Source of the DNA: Ostrea edulis
Lineage: Eukaryota
Assembly: GCF_947568905.1 (NCBI RefSeq)
Contig: NC_079172.1
Coordinates: 43,462,001-43,526,000 of the forward strand
DNA length: 64,000 nucleotides
Direction of reading: 5' to 3'
Shown here: piece by piece, positions 14,201 through 24,945 of the stretch
How positions within the stretch are numbered: position 1 is the first letter of the stretch
Layout: each line of letters begins with the position of its first letter
The notes under the pieces: model-generated
What the model saw: only the letters and a program-made list of their open reading frames with translations
Told to the model about the DNA's origin: nothing
Databases searched by the model: none
Position numbers and translations under genes: made by a program

Positions 14201-17200
14201 CTATTACGAATGAAACTTATATTTTCAGTACATGTAAATCTTATATTCCTGTCCTGTATCTATTTACATGCATGCTGTATCATTATCATGCACGAGTATA
14301 CGTACAAGTAATGCAAACATAATTTACATTGTATCAGACTTTTTTAAAAATTTCATTCCGAGTCTTAATTAAAGTTACAGACTTTGAGTCATTTGTTCAG
14401 TTTTGTAATCTTGTGTTTAGTTGGCTGGATCTCAGCATTAGAGCCATTTGTTCAGTTTTGTAATCTTGTGTTTGGTTGGCTGGATCTCAGCATTAGAGCC
14501 ATTTGTTCAGTTTTGTAATCTTGTGTTTGGTTTTCTGGATCTCAGCATTAGAGTCATTTGTTCAGTTTTGTAATCTTGTGTTTGGTTGGCTGGATCTCAG
14601 CATTAGAATCATTTGTCCAGTTTTGTGAGTCCTACCTGTAAACTTGTGTTTGGTTGACTGGATCTCAGCATTAGCTGTTGCATTCTGTCACATACCATGG
14701 AGGCTGAAACACAGAAACACAATATAAAAGACTGTGTCCTTCATTAGAATTTATACAAATGCATCTATCATAATAAACATCGTTGGTAACACACTAGGTC
14801 TTGCTATCTCTAAGAGACGGAGAGACTGTGGACTACTGATGATGCACAATAAGATATAATGAACAAGCATTCTGAGAGTATTGCATGGCAATACATAGTC
14901 CCCCTACTGGTTGCAAAAATCACTGTACCACAACAATATTCAAAGTTCATTATGTAGGTTATGGTAAAAGGGAAAATTGGGGAACCAGGATAGGAATGGT
15001 TGGAAATCAACTACTATTTGAGTAGAGGCTAAACCAGAAAAAAAGACAAATCTATAATTAGGTTTAGGTCTTTAACCAAGTCAATAAACTGTGACATGTA
15101 GATGATCATGAATAATTTAACTATATTGTAGTATTACTATGCTAGAAGTTTTAATGAGTGTAGTATTCTTAATTCTTATCTACAGAGATAAGAAACTTGG
15201 ATGTAAACTAACAATTCATGCTATTTTTCTACGTCCAAGGGCCATAACTTAATGGAAAATCAACGGACCAAGATGAAATTCAAACTTGATCTGTAACTTG
15301 TGATGGCAAAGCAAAGTACCAAATATCAAATGAATATCTGTAAGCACAACCAAAAAAAGTCCGGAAAACTGATAATTCATGCTATTTTTCTAAGTCCAAG
15401 GGCCAAAACGAAGAGAAAAATCAACGGATCGAGACGAAGTTCGAACTTGATCTGTAAATTGTTATCGCAAAACGACATACCAAATATAAGATAAATATCT
15501 GCAAGAACAGAGAAAAAAGTGCGGAAAACTGGACTGACGGACAGATGGACGAAGCGTAAACCTAAAGTCCCTCGACTTCATTGGCTATAAACAAAAACAT
15601 ACACTTTCCAAAAGCACTCAGCCTATCTATAACAAGTACTGCTAGAAAGTCCCGTCTATCACAAGTACTGCTAGAAAGTCCTGTCTATAACAAGTACTAC
15701 TAGAAAGTCCTGTCTATCACAAGTACTACTAAAAAGTCCTGTCTATCACAAGCACTGCTAGAAAGTCCTGTCTATCACAAGTACTACTAGAAAGTCCTGT
15801 CTATCACAAGTACTACTAGAAAGTCCTGTCTATCACCAAGTACTACTAGAAAGTCCTGTCTATCACAAGTACTACTATAAAATCCTGTCTATCACCAAGT
15901 ACTACTAGAAAGTCCTGTCTATCACAAGTACTACTATAAAATCCTGTCTATCACCAAGTACTACTAGAAAGTCCCGTCTATCACAAGTACTACTAGAAAG
16001 TCCCGTCACAATGATAATACCAACTAAAGAGTATAACCCTCTCTATTATTGCTCAAATGTCATAAGTTTAGGAGGTTCAAGGTCAATGTCAAATTCTCAA
16101 GGTCATCACATTTGAAAGCCATGAAAAGGCCATGTAACAAAGATTATGCTCCTTACATATCAATGCCCTCTTGCTAATATTCACCATAGCTAGGTGTACC
16201 ATTTTTCTGTGTGAAAACTGCCACTCTATTTGCATATGAGCATAAAAAGTCTGGGGATTTCATCTCAGCTAACTTCAATTTAAAGAAGAAATAAAATTGC
16301 CCAATAATTCCCAGAGTTTTATATCCATGGACTTGACTGAAAAAGTGAATCTGTAGATTTTAAATCCCGAGGATAAAAGAAAATTTACAGCATATTAAAT
16401 AGTTAACCAATGTCAATGCCCCCAACAGATAGGTGGAAACAATTATGGTACGCTCACTCCATCTTTGATTTAAGTGCTTAAAATAAACATCAAGTGCATA
16501 TTTCTAAACAAAAAAAAAACAAAAAAAAAACACCTTAATTTATGAATACATGTATTAATTTCCCAGTTTTAGTTTATTCAAGCAGTGAATGACAGAATGT
16601 AGGAATGTCCATACTTCACTGAGTTTTTGCCTCTAGCTAACACACCTTTATTTGTAAAATCGCTGCTTACTCTGCCGTGTTCTATCTTCTCTAGCTTGTG
16701 CTGAAAATTGAGAGAAATAAACATTGATGAACAAAATCTGAATACATATAAAATCAGTGTTATCAACCATAAATAGGTTTAGTCACTATTATCAACAATA
16801 CATAGATTTAAGGCAGTGGTATCATCAAATACATAGGTTTAGGACAATGTTATCAACAATACATAGGTTTAGGGCAGTGTTATCAACAATACATAGGTTT
16901 AGGGCAGTGTTATCAACAATACATAGGTTTAGTCACTATTATCAACAATACATAAGTTTATGCACTATTATCAACAATATATAGGTTTATGCACTATTAT
17001 CAACAATATATAGGTTTATGCACTATTATCAACAATATATAGGTTTATGCACTATTATCAACAATATATAGATTTATGCACTATTATCAACAATATATAG
17101 GTTTATGCACTATTATCAACAATATATAGATTTATGCACTATTATCAACAATATATAGGTTTATGCACTATTATCAACAATATATAGATTTGGGACACTG

Positions 17201-19031
17201 TTATCAACAATACACAGGTTTAGGGTAGTGTTATCAACAATATATAGGTTTAGGGCACTGTTATCCACAATGCATAGGTTTAGTCGGTTAAAAAGCTCTA
17301 CAGAGCTTGTGTTTGACATGTTGAATGTATATAGTGCCGACTTTAAATAAAATTTACTTTACTTTACTTTAGTCACTGTTATCAACAATACATAGATTTG
17401 AGGCAGTGGTATCATTAAATACATAGGTTTAGGACAGTGTTATCAACAATACATATGTTTAAGGCACTGTTATCAACAATACATAGATTTATGGTAGTGC
17501 TATCAAGATTACATAGGTTTAGTCACTGTTATCAACAATATATAGGTTTAGGGTAGTGTTATCAACAATGTATACTAGGTTTAAGGGTAGTATTATCAAC
17601 AATACATAAGATTAGGGTAGTGTTATCAACAATACATAGGTTTAGGGTAGTGTTATCAACAATACATAGGTTTAGGTAATGTTATCAACAATGTATAGGT
17701 TTAAGGGTAGTATTATCAACAATACATAGGATTAGGGTAGTGTTATCAACAATACATAGGTTTAGGGCAGCGTTATCAACAATGCATAGGTTTTGATTTT
17801 CATACTTGTGTACCTCACATGTGCATTAATGAACTAAATTGTACACATCTAGTCTCATATTTGTTCTGCTTCAATGATTATGCAAATTACCACATGCTTC
17901 CAAGATCAGGGTTTGACACTAAGGCACGTCCGACCGACTGAGTCTACTAAATGATAGGTCCGGTCGGGTAAAATGTCGATTTACTAGTCCGACTGGTCGT
18001 GTTGAAAAAATAACAAGAAACTTTACTTTAAACCATAAGATATTTTATTCTTAACTAAAAAGAATAACTGTAGAGTTTGCGAGCAATTTTGAACCGCATG
18101 ATGACACAATCTCTATTTTTAGTTCTAATAATTAAGTCGCGGTCGGAAGTGGTGTTTTACGACATCTACTCGATGTTAATGTGTGTAAAGTTATGTTTTA
18201 GATGAATTTATTTTCATTTTTTTTAAAAACCTAGTTTATTTGAATCAAATATAAGAAAGTATTTATCAAATTAATTGTAAAATGCCATTTTTTGGTGTTG
18301 ACATATGTGCGGGAATGTCTCTATATTCAAATACGACTTCTCATCCTCAAGGAAAGATGTCCCAAGAGAAAAAAGTAAAAGGTTGGGAAGAAACCAAGCA
18401 AGACTTATGAAATAGAGATAAAAAACGGTTGAGGCCATTTTATTTTCAATTGACTAGAGAATTTCCATGCCGAGTAGAATTTAAAGAAACAGAAAATGTG
18501 TTTGAAAATGAAAGCGTTAAATTGAATGACGAGACTAAAGCTCTATTTTGAGACAATTAAGTATGTTTTAGTTTATGCAAACTCAATGTTTGTCATTTGA
18601 ATTAAGTACATTTAAATATGGAGAAACTATTAGTTTCTGGAAAGTTGGTCGGGGCAAGTGGATGTAAGGTCAGGTCTAGCAAAAATCATTTGAAGTAGCC
18701 CGACTGGTCTAGTGCTAAAAAAAGTAAATATCAAACCCTGAAGATGTTTGCATCCTCCCCAATTCAAACAGGGTAGATATTTATTTTTCATATCTATATT
18801 TTAAAATCTAACTTATAAGATAAGGTTTCTTTGAAAAGTAATTTTTGTGTGTCACAGGTTTTTTTTGGGTTTTTTTTTTGCATGTGTTATTTTTTATTGA
18901 CCATGAAAGAGAACAGGTAAATGTTTACATACAATTTCTTAAGTTGCATCTAGCATCAATTCCTAAATCTTGCGATTACTTTAAATGACCTTATTGAATT
19001 CATGTTTATTTCACACAGAGAGAGAGCAAGT

Positions 19032-19068
<37 letters not shown>

Positions 19069-21799
19069 GTTATTGACCCTTCACCTTACCTGTGATAGCT
19101 CCTTCTGACATATTATGTCTAACTGTGAACACAGCGACATCAGCTCTACATCAATGTCCAGGGTCTGAGTGGTGCTGCCCAGCAGTGGCTCATGAAGTCG
19201 GACATCAACTGAAACAAACAAGCAGTAACCCGTGAAGGACAATCTGATTAAAATAAGATCCTATGACATGCTCACAATCGTTACACTAGAATCAATCCTA
19301 GAGTAGCGATCTACATGAGCGGATCATAGGATCTGATTTTAATCAGATTGCCATGAAGGCGGACATCAACTGAAACAAACAAGCAGTGACCCGTGAAGTC
19401 AGACATCAACTGAAACAAACAAGTGGTGACCCGTGAAGTCAGACATCAACTGAAACAAAAACTTCATGACCAAGATCATAATTTTGTACGAAATTTGTAG
19501 TTTTCACTCCCAATTACCTCATAAATGTTGCTCAACAAATCTGGTAAAAATTAACTTGATAGAGTACATGTCTAAGAAAATAAATTTAATAACAACAATT
19601 GATGATAGACCAGTGAAAGCGAAATGTCGTCGGACCGACAGACATGTCCGGTAATTTGACTCTCGGTCCGCTAAACTTCGTTGTATTTCCAGTCTGAATG
19701 TCCGGTGACTTTCCGGCAACGGTTTCGGAAACTATGTTTCGACTTCCAGTTTCGTTTATATATTAAAAATAATACTACTTTTTTCGGTCTGGTAAAATGT
19801 GATTCGGTCCGGTAATGTTCCTGTGTTTATCAGACCGAATGTCCTGTAAAAGATTTCAACATTTCGCGATCACTGATAGACAAAAAAAAATTTAGTAGAG
19901 GTCACTCAGATAATGCAATCATTATGCAGGTAACCTAAAATATTTAGGGAAACACCAAAAATAAAGACTGCATTCATCTAACATTTATGTTTTGATTGAA
20001 GTAAAATAGCATTATGTGAAGATAAGTTGAAGATTGTAAGTTGTCTTCAATACGCAAGTTCCGAGTTAAACAAAAATTATTTCCCTTTGTCGAACTCTTT
20101 CGCATTTTATGACGTATGGTGGGTACACAATGTATACATTATATCGTAGACTGGCATTGTACATAACGATTACATACGATTAATGTAATAAAAGCGTAAC
20201 TTTTGTTTATATCAATCACTGGTATGTATATTCTGGCCATATCAAGCATAATCTGTTTGAATAAGATCATCAAATTGTCTATTAAATCATTATTCGTTTC
20301 CTCTTCTACATGAGTGACGCTTTTATCAAAGAAAGATGGCAATTAACAGTATTTGTTTGAGCCATTTTGTTATCCAATACTCATAAACTCACTTTCCCCT
20401 GAGATAGGATGGTCTCAGAAACTCTGGATATCATCTTTTAAGAAATAATACAACGATAGTAATTAGCAAATGTACCCACTTTCATCATATTTTACGTCAT
20501 AATTTACGGAAGAGTTCGACAAAGGGAAATAACTCTTGGGGAACTCGGAACTTCCGTATTGAGGATGAGTTTTTCCCCTATATATTTTGCTTTACAATTT
20601 TACTAAAACAAAAGTTAATTGCATTTCACCTATTTACTCGTGTCCTTTGGCACCACTGCTAGTTTTTTCAGATTTGAAAATTGCATTTCAAAGTTTTCAT
20701 TGTGACATCATAATAGATTACGAATGACACAAAAACAAGCATAAATATTTTGTGCTGTATTTTACATCACAAACAAGGAAAAGTCACTGAAATAAGACTA
20801 AATCATGCAGAAAAATCTACTAGAATGGGAATAACTATATCATCGTTTGCTTCCATTAATGCTGACTTAACAGTCGCAAACATCAGTTTTACTGGCTTCG
20901 CTAATGTGTCGCTGGTAAAACTCAGTTTGCAAACATTACATATATAACAGGACGGGAGAAAATGTAATGGACCAGACCGGGATTCGAACCCAGGCCCCCT
21001 GAATCTCTGGTAAGGTGCTCTACCAACTGAGCTATCTGGCTAATGGTGATCTAACCTGGCTGACCACTACATTCCCCCTCTTTAAATTGTCTTCACACTT
21101 AATAGACATCAACCCAGGATCTTAATCCCCTGGCAGGTATTTTCACCTGTCAGTTCAAGAGCTGGTATACCACACCAAATGTAACAGGAAGGGAGAAAAT
21201 GCAACAGACCAGACCAGGATTCGAACCCGGGCCCCCTGAATTCACTAGTCAGGTAAGTGCTCTACCAAATGAGCTAACTGGCCATCACTACATCATCGGT
21301 CGATCTAATCTGGCTGACCGTTACACATATCTGCATTAACAGTCGTAAATATCAAATGATAAGATATACATTCCCTTAATATAAGATATATAGAACGTTG
21401 TGAAGTTTTTTTGCGAGATACAACCACGGGGCCTTGCTCTGCAACAGATTTGAAAATAACCAGATGATGTTTATTTATTTTTTACAACACTGGTGCATTA
21501 CACGCCGGATCCATGAGGCAAGGTCTGGTGTGCTGGACTTTGGAAAACAGGTGCTTGGTCATAACATATGAATACACATCTAACCTTACACATATGTTAT
21601 GAGCCAAGCACCTGTGCTTTGAAAAAGCAGCTAGCAGACGGCGTAATAGTTGCTTACACGAAAAGTACGTCAGTGACAGTGGTGTCACTCTGTCAATAAA
21701 CAGAAGTGGGTTTTAATTGTTATTCTGCTATATGTTACCTTTGAAAGACGGGTCATACAACAAAGGAATAACCAGAGGTTCTGTGGAAGCAACACTCAT
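11216..21799 (-). CDS. Uncharacterised 258-aa protein, 7 coding exons
   Basis: complement(join(11216-11324, 12314-12453, 13867-14091, 14636-14703, 16646-16700, 19090-19208, 21739-21799)) = 777 nt. All junctions are GT-AG with matching phases and no internal stop. Protein: MSVASTEPLVIPLLYDPSFKVDVRLHEPLLG...HKYIAHQMAILYQSLTNVGHALLDPYKQSIEENFKSIKSAL...KRTST*. The 16646 donor (AAG|GTGTGT) was chosen on phase and is the least certain. Confidence 0.75.
12061..12305. repeat. 23-bp minisatellite starting ~8 nt after the 12314 donor
   Basis: ttgatatttagtacagaatagtg, about 10 copies. Confidence 0.9.
12667..13580 (-). mobile_element. Degenerate HINE-type element
   Basis: Begins aacaagaggcctatggacc...gtcacccgag like the copies at 8271 and 54675. 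It has a degenerate internal ~165-bp unit and an acag microsatellite remnant near 13530. Confidence 0.5.
13628..13870 (-). repeat. 64-bp tandem repeat x~3.7 that includes the splice donor of the 13867-14091 exon
   Basis: On the minus strand, tgtat|gtaagtaatctgttaac recurs with the donor G at 13866 (real), 13802, 13738 (GT>CT) and 13674. Confidence 0.9.
14390..14675 (-). repeat. 55-bp tandem repeat derived from an exon end with the donor deleted
   Basis: ttttgtaatcttgtgtttggttggctggatctcagcattag at 14401, 14456, 14511 and 14566. The 14621 copy carries an extra 13 nt (gagtcctacctgt) that contains the real donor. Confidence 0.9.
15200..15580. mobile_element. Short non-autonomous Helentron-like element with two ~170-bp internal units
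   Basis: aattcatgctatttttct...ccaagggcc is duplicated at ~15213 and ~15376, followed by a gacggacag microsatellite remnant near 15535. Confidence 0.45.
15622..16010. repeat. 29-30-bp minisatellite
   Basis: tatcacaagtactactagaaagtcctgtc, about 13 copies. Confidence 0.9.
16757..17795. repeat. ~31-bp minisatellite, interrupted at ~17283-17370
   Basis: gttatcaacaatacataggtttagggcagt and variants, about 30 copies. Confidence 0.9.
17283..17370 (+). mobile_element. 3'-end fragment of a LINE/SINE inserted in the minisatellite
   Basis: A unique ~90-nt segment ends aataaaatttactttactttacttt, i.e. a polyA signal plus a short tandem tail typical of CR1/L2-group 3' ends. Confidence 0.5.
17907..18740. 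mobile_element. Non-autonomous hAT-like element, 834 bp, 5-bp TSD
   Basis: TIR cagggtttga / tcaaaccctg. Flanked by AAGAT at 17902-17906 and 18741-18745. Subterminal ggtc(c)g/ccgac motifs. Confidence 0.75.
19195..19458 (-). repeat. 40-bp repeat copying the splice acceptor of the 19090-19208 exon
   Basis: Minus-strand tttgtttcag|ttgatgtc occurs with exon starts at 19208 (real), 19369, 19409 and 19449. Confidence 0.85.
19240..19350. mobile_element. 111-bp foldback MITE
   Basis: caatctgattaaaat-aa-gatcctatga ... tcataggatc-tg-attttaatcagattg. Near-direct flanks ccgtgaagg / ccatgaagg. Confidence 0.7.
19611..19875. mobile_element. Non-autonomous hAT-like element, 265 bp, 6-bp TSD
   Basis: TIR cagtgaaagcgaaatgt / acatttcgcgatcactg (15/17 match). 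Flanked by ATAGAC at 19605-19610 and 19876-19881. Subterminal cggacc/ggtccg motifs. Confidence 0.75.
20044..20565. mobile_element. MITE with ~55-bp imperfect TIRs
   Basis: tcaatacgcaagttccgagtt...ttatttccctttgtcgaactctt versus aagagttcgacaaagggaaataa...aactcggaacttccgtattga. TSD not resolved. Confidence 0.65.
20943..21325 (-). mobile_element. Miniature LTR retrotransposon (TRIM) with tRNA-derived LTRs, older copy
   Basis: Two direct LTRs each contain A box TAGCTCA(G/T)TTGG and B box GGTTCGAATCC. The internal region has a decayed PBS (tttggtgtggta) and PPT aaagagggggaa. 4-bp TSD CATA at 20939-20942 and 21326-21329. Confidence 0.85.
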
Positions 21800-21860
21800 C
21801 GTGGAGAATCAATGAAAATGAATTTCCTGTTTTTCGATCCCGATTCAATTTGATTTGGTG

Positions 21861-22225
21861 TGTAGCGGTTAGCCGGGTTCGATCGCCGGTGGCCAGATAG
21901 CTCAGTTGGTATAGCACCTGACTAGAGATTCTGGGAGCCAGGTTCGAATCCCAGTCTGGTCCGTTCCATTTTCTCCCTTCCTGTTACATTTGGTGCCGTA
22001 GACCAGCCCCTGGAACCGACAGGTGAAAATGCCTGCCAGGGGATAAAGATCCTGGGTTGATGTCTTCAGGTGTGAAGACATTTAAGGAGGGAGGAATGTT
22101 GCGGTCAGCCGGGTTCGATCGCCGGTGGCCAGATAGCTCAGTTGGTAGAGCACCTGACTAGAGATTCAGGGGTCCCGGGTTCGAATCCCGGTCTGGTCCG
22201 TTGCATTTTCTCCCTTCCTGTTACA
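21861..22225 (+). mobile_element. Miniature LTR retrotransposon (TRIM) with tRNA-derived LTRs
   Basis: LTRs 21861-21988 and 22097-22225 (TGT...ACA). PBS tttggtgccgt follows the left LTR and PPT aaggagggaggaa precedes the right LTR. 4-bp TSD GGTG. The tRNA-like cassette spans 22127-22199. Confidence 0.9.
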
Positions 22226-22289
22226 GGTGATTTACTTTAGTTACATCTTCTACGGAGGACGGTGAACAAAAAGGATAAACAACTCAGTC

Positions 22290-24945
22290 TTCTGCAGAAG
22301 AGAGCTGATAAAATAAAGAGCTCTTCATCTTCTACAGAGGAGAACTAATAAAAATAAAGAGCTTTTCGTCTTCTACAGAGGAGAACTAATAAAAACAAAG
22401 AGCTCTTCATTTTCTATAGAGGAGAACTAATAAAAATAAAGAGCTCTTCATCTTCTACAGAGGAGAACTAATAAAAATAAAGAGCTTTTCGTCTTCTACA
22501 GAGGAGAACTAATAAAAACAAAGAGCTCTTCATTTTCTATAGAGGAGAACTAATAAAAATAAAGAGCTCTTCATCTTCTACAGAGGAGAACTAATAAAAA
22601 TAAAGAGCTCTTCGTCTTCTACAGAGAACTAATAAAAATAAAGAGCTCTTCGTCTTCTACAGAGGAGAACTAATAAAAATAAAGAGCTCTTCGTCTTCTA
22701 CAGAGGAGAACTAATAAAAATAAAGAGCTCTTCATCTTCTACAGAGGAGAACTAATAAAAACAAAGAGCTCTTCGTCTTCTATAGAGGAGAACTAATAAA
22801 AATAAAGAGCTGTTCGTCTTCAGAAGTTCTACAAGAATATTAAGCCCTTCATCTTCTACAGAGGAACCAATGAAAAAAGTCCTTCATCTTCATCAAAGGA
22901 GAACCAATAAAGATTTTTTTCATATCATATAAAGGAGGGCCATTAGAGATACAGAGCAATTTATCTTCTACAAAGAAGGATAATAGAAATCTTCTACAGG
23001 GGACACAGATCGAGATCGAAGGACCAATGGAAATAAAGAGCTCTTTAAATAAATTTTACAGATTTTACCAATTAAAATACATATTTCTTTATCTTCTACA
23101 AAGGATTGATGACCAATAAAAATAAAAGAGCTCTGTCTTTTACAGAAAGGGACCAATAAAGATAAAGTGCTTTCTATCTAAAATTAAAAGAGATTTATGA
23201 TAAAAACTTTTTATCAACTTCTATGGAGGACCAATAAAATAAGGAGCTCTTCATCTTCAAAAGAGACGGAGCAATAGAAATAAAGAGCTCTTCGTCTTCT
23301 AAAGAGACAGACCAACAAAATAATAATAAAGAGCACTTTATCTTCTAAAGAGACAGACCAATGAGAATAAAGAGTTCATCTTCAAAGGAGACCGACCAAT
23401 GAAACAAGTAGCTTTTCCATCTTCTACTTGTAAAGCAAAACCTATGAAAATAAAGAGTTCTTTTATGGAGGAATATGACCAATAAAAATAAATACAAACA
23501 CATTCCACTTTTTTCACATTTTAAAGAGGAAGGCCAACAAAGTAATGAGCTTTGCATTTTGTGAATAGAAGGACCAATAAAATTAAACCTCTTCATTCCA
23601 TACACTCAGAAAAGGACCGATAAAATTAAACATCTTCATTCTATATACAGAGAAGGACCAATAAAATTAAACCTCTTCATTCTATACACTCAGAGAAGGA
23701 CCGATAAAATTAAACCTCTTCATTCTATACAGAGAAAGACCAATAAAATTAAACCTCTTCATTCTATACAGAGAAGGACTATAAAATTAAACCTCTTCAT
23801 TCTATAAAGAGAAGGGCCAATAAAATTAAACCTCTTCATTCTATACAAAGAAGGACTATAAAAGTAAACCTCTTCATTCTATACAGAGAAGGACCAACAA
23901 AAAGATCGGTGGAGAAAGAAATGAAAGATAACAACTGGAGTTGGGGACAGGTCCAGAAATGGGCGAAAGACAGACCAACATGAAAGTCTCTGGTGACGGC
24001 CTTATGTGCTGACCAGCACGAAGAGGACTAAGTAAGCTAAGTCTTCATTCTATACAGAGAAGGACCAATAAAATTAAACCTCTTCATTCTATACAGAGAA
24101 AGACCAATAAAATTAATCCTCTTCATTCTATACAGAGAAGGACTATGAAAATAAACCTCTTCATTCTATACAGAAAAGGGCCAATAAAAATAAACCTCTT
24201 AATTCTATACAGAAAAGGACCAATAAAATTAAACCTCTTCATTCTATACAGAGAAGGGCCAATGAAAATAAACCTCTTCATTCTATACACTCAAAGAAGG
24301 ATCAATAAAATTAAATTTCTTCATTTTATACAGAGAAGGACCAATAAAATTAAACCTCTTCATTCTATACAGAGAAAGACCAATAAAATTAAACCTCTTC
24401 ATTCTATAAAGAGAAGGACCAATAGAATTAAACCTCTTCATTCTATACAGAGAACTACAATGAAAATAAACCTCTTAATTCTATACAGAAAAGGACCAAT
24501 AAAATTAAACCTCTTCATTCTATACAGAGAAGGGCCAATGAAAATAAACCTCTTCATTCTATACACTCAAAGAAGGATCAATAAAATTAAATTTCTTCAT
24601 TTTATACAGAGAAGGACCAATAAAATTAAACCTCTTCATTCTATACAGAGAAAGACCAATAAAATTAAACCTCTTCATTCTATACAGAGAAGGACTATGA
24701 AAATAAACCTCTCCATTCTATACAGAAAAGGGCCAATAAAAATAAACTTCTTCATTCTATGCAGAGCAGAACTATAAAAATAAACCTCTTCATTCTATGC
24801 AGAGAAGGATGAATAAAAATAAACCTTTTCATCCTATACAGAGGACTATGAAAATAAACCTCTTCATTCTATACAGAAAAGGGCCAATAAAAATAAACCT
24901 CTTCATTCTATAGAGAGAAGAACCAATAAAAATAAACCTCTTCAT
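22290..24945. repeat. 2.7-kb compound minisatellite with ~39-41-bp related monomers
   Basis: Type A (agagctcttcatcttctacagaggagaactaataaaaata) at 22290-22830, a degenerate zone to ~23570, then type B (aaacctcttcattctatacagagaaggaccaataaaatt) to 24945. Confidence 0.9.
23903..24042 (+). mobile_element. 5'-truncated RTE-type LINE 3' end inserted in the minisatellite
   Basis: Reads RSVEKEMKDNNWSWGQVQKWAKDRPT*KSLVTALCADQHEED* followed by a taagtaagctaag tail, resembling RTE ORF C-termini as recognised from memory. Confidence 0.65.

Noticed and set aside
22127-22199. Functional tRNA-Ser(AGA) gene (also 21891-21962, 20970-21040 and 21205-21285)
   Set aside because: The anticodon stem mispairs in the canonical register, the long variable arm of Ser tRNAs is missing, and every copy lies inside TSD-flanked LTRs.
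24145-24777. 210-aa ORF
   Set aside because: It is a by-product of the 39-bp tandem repeat, with no domain or splice support.
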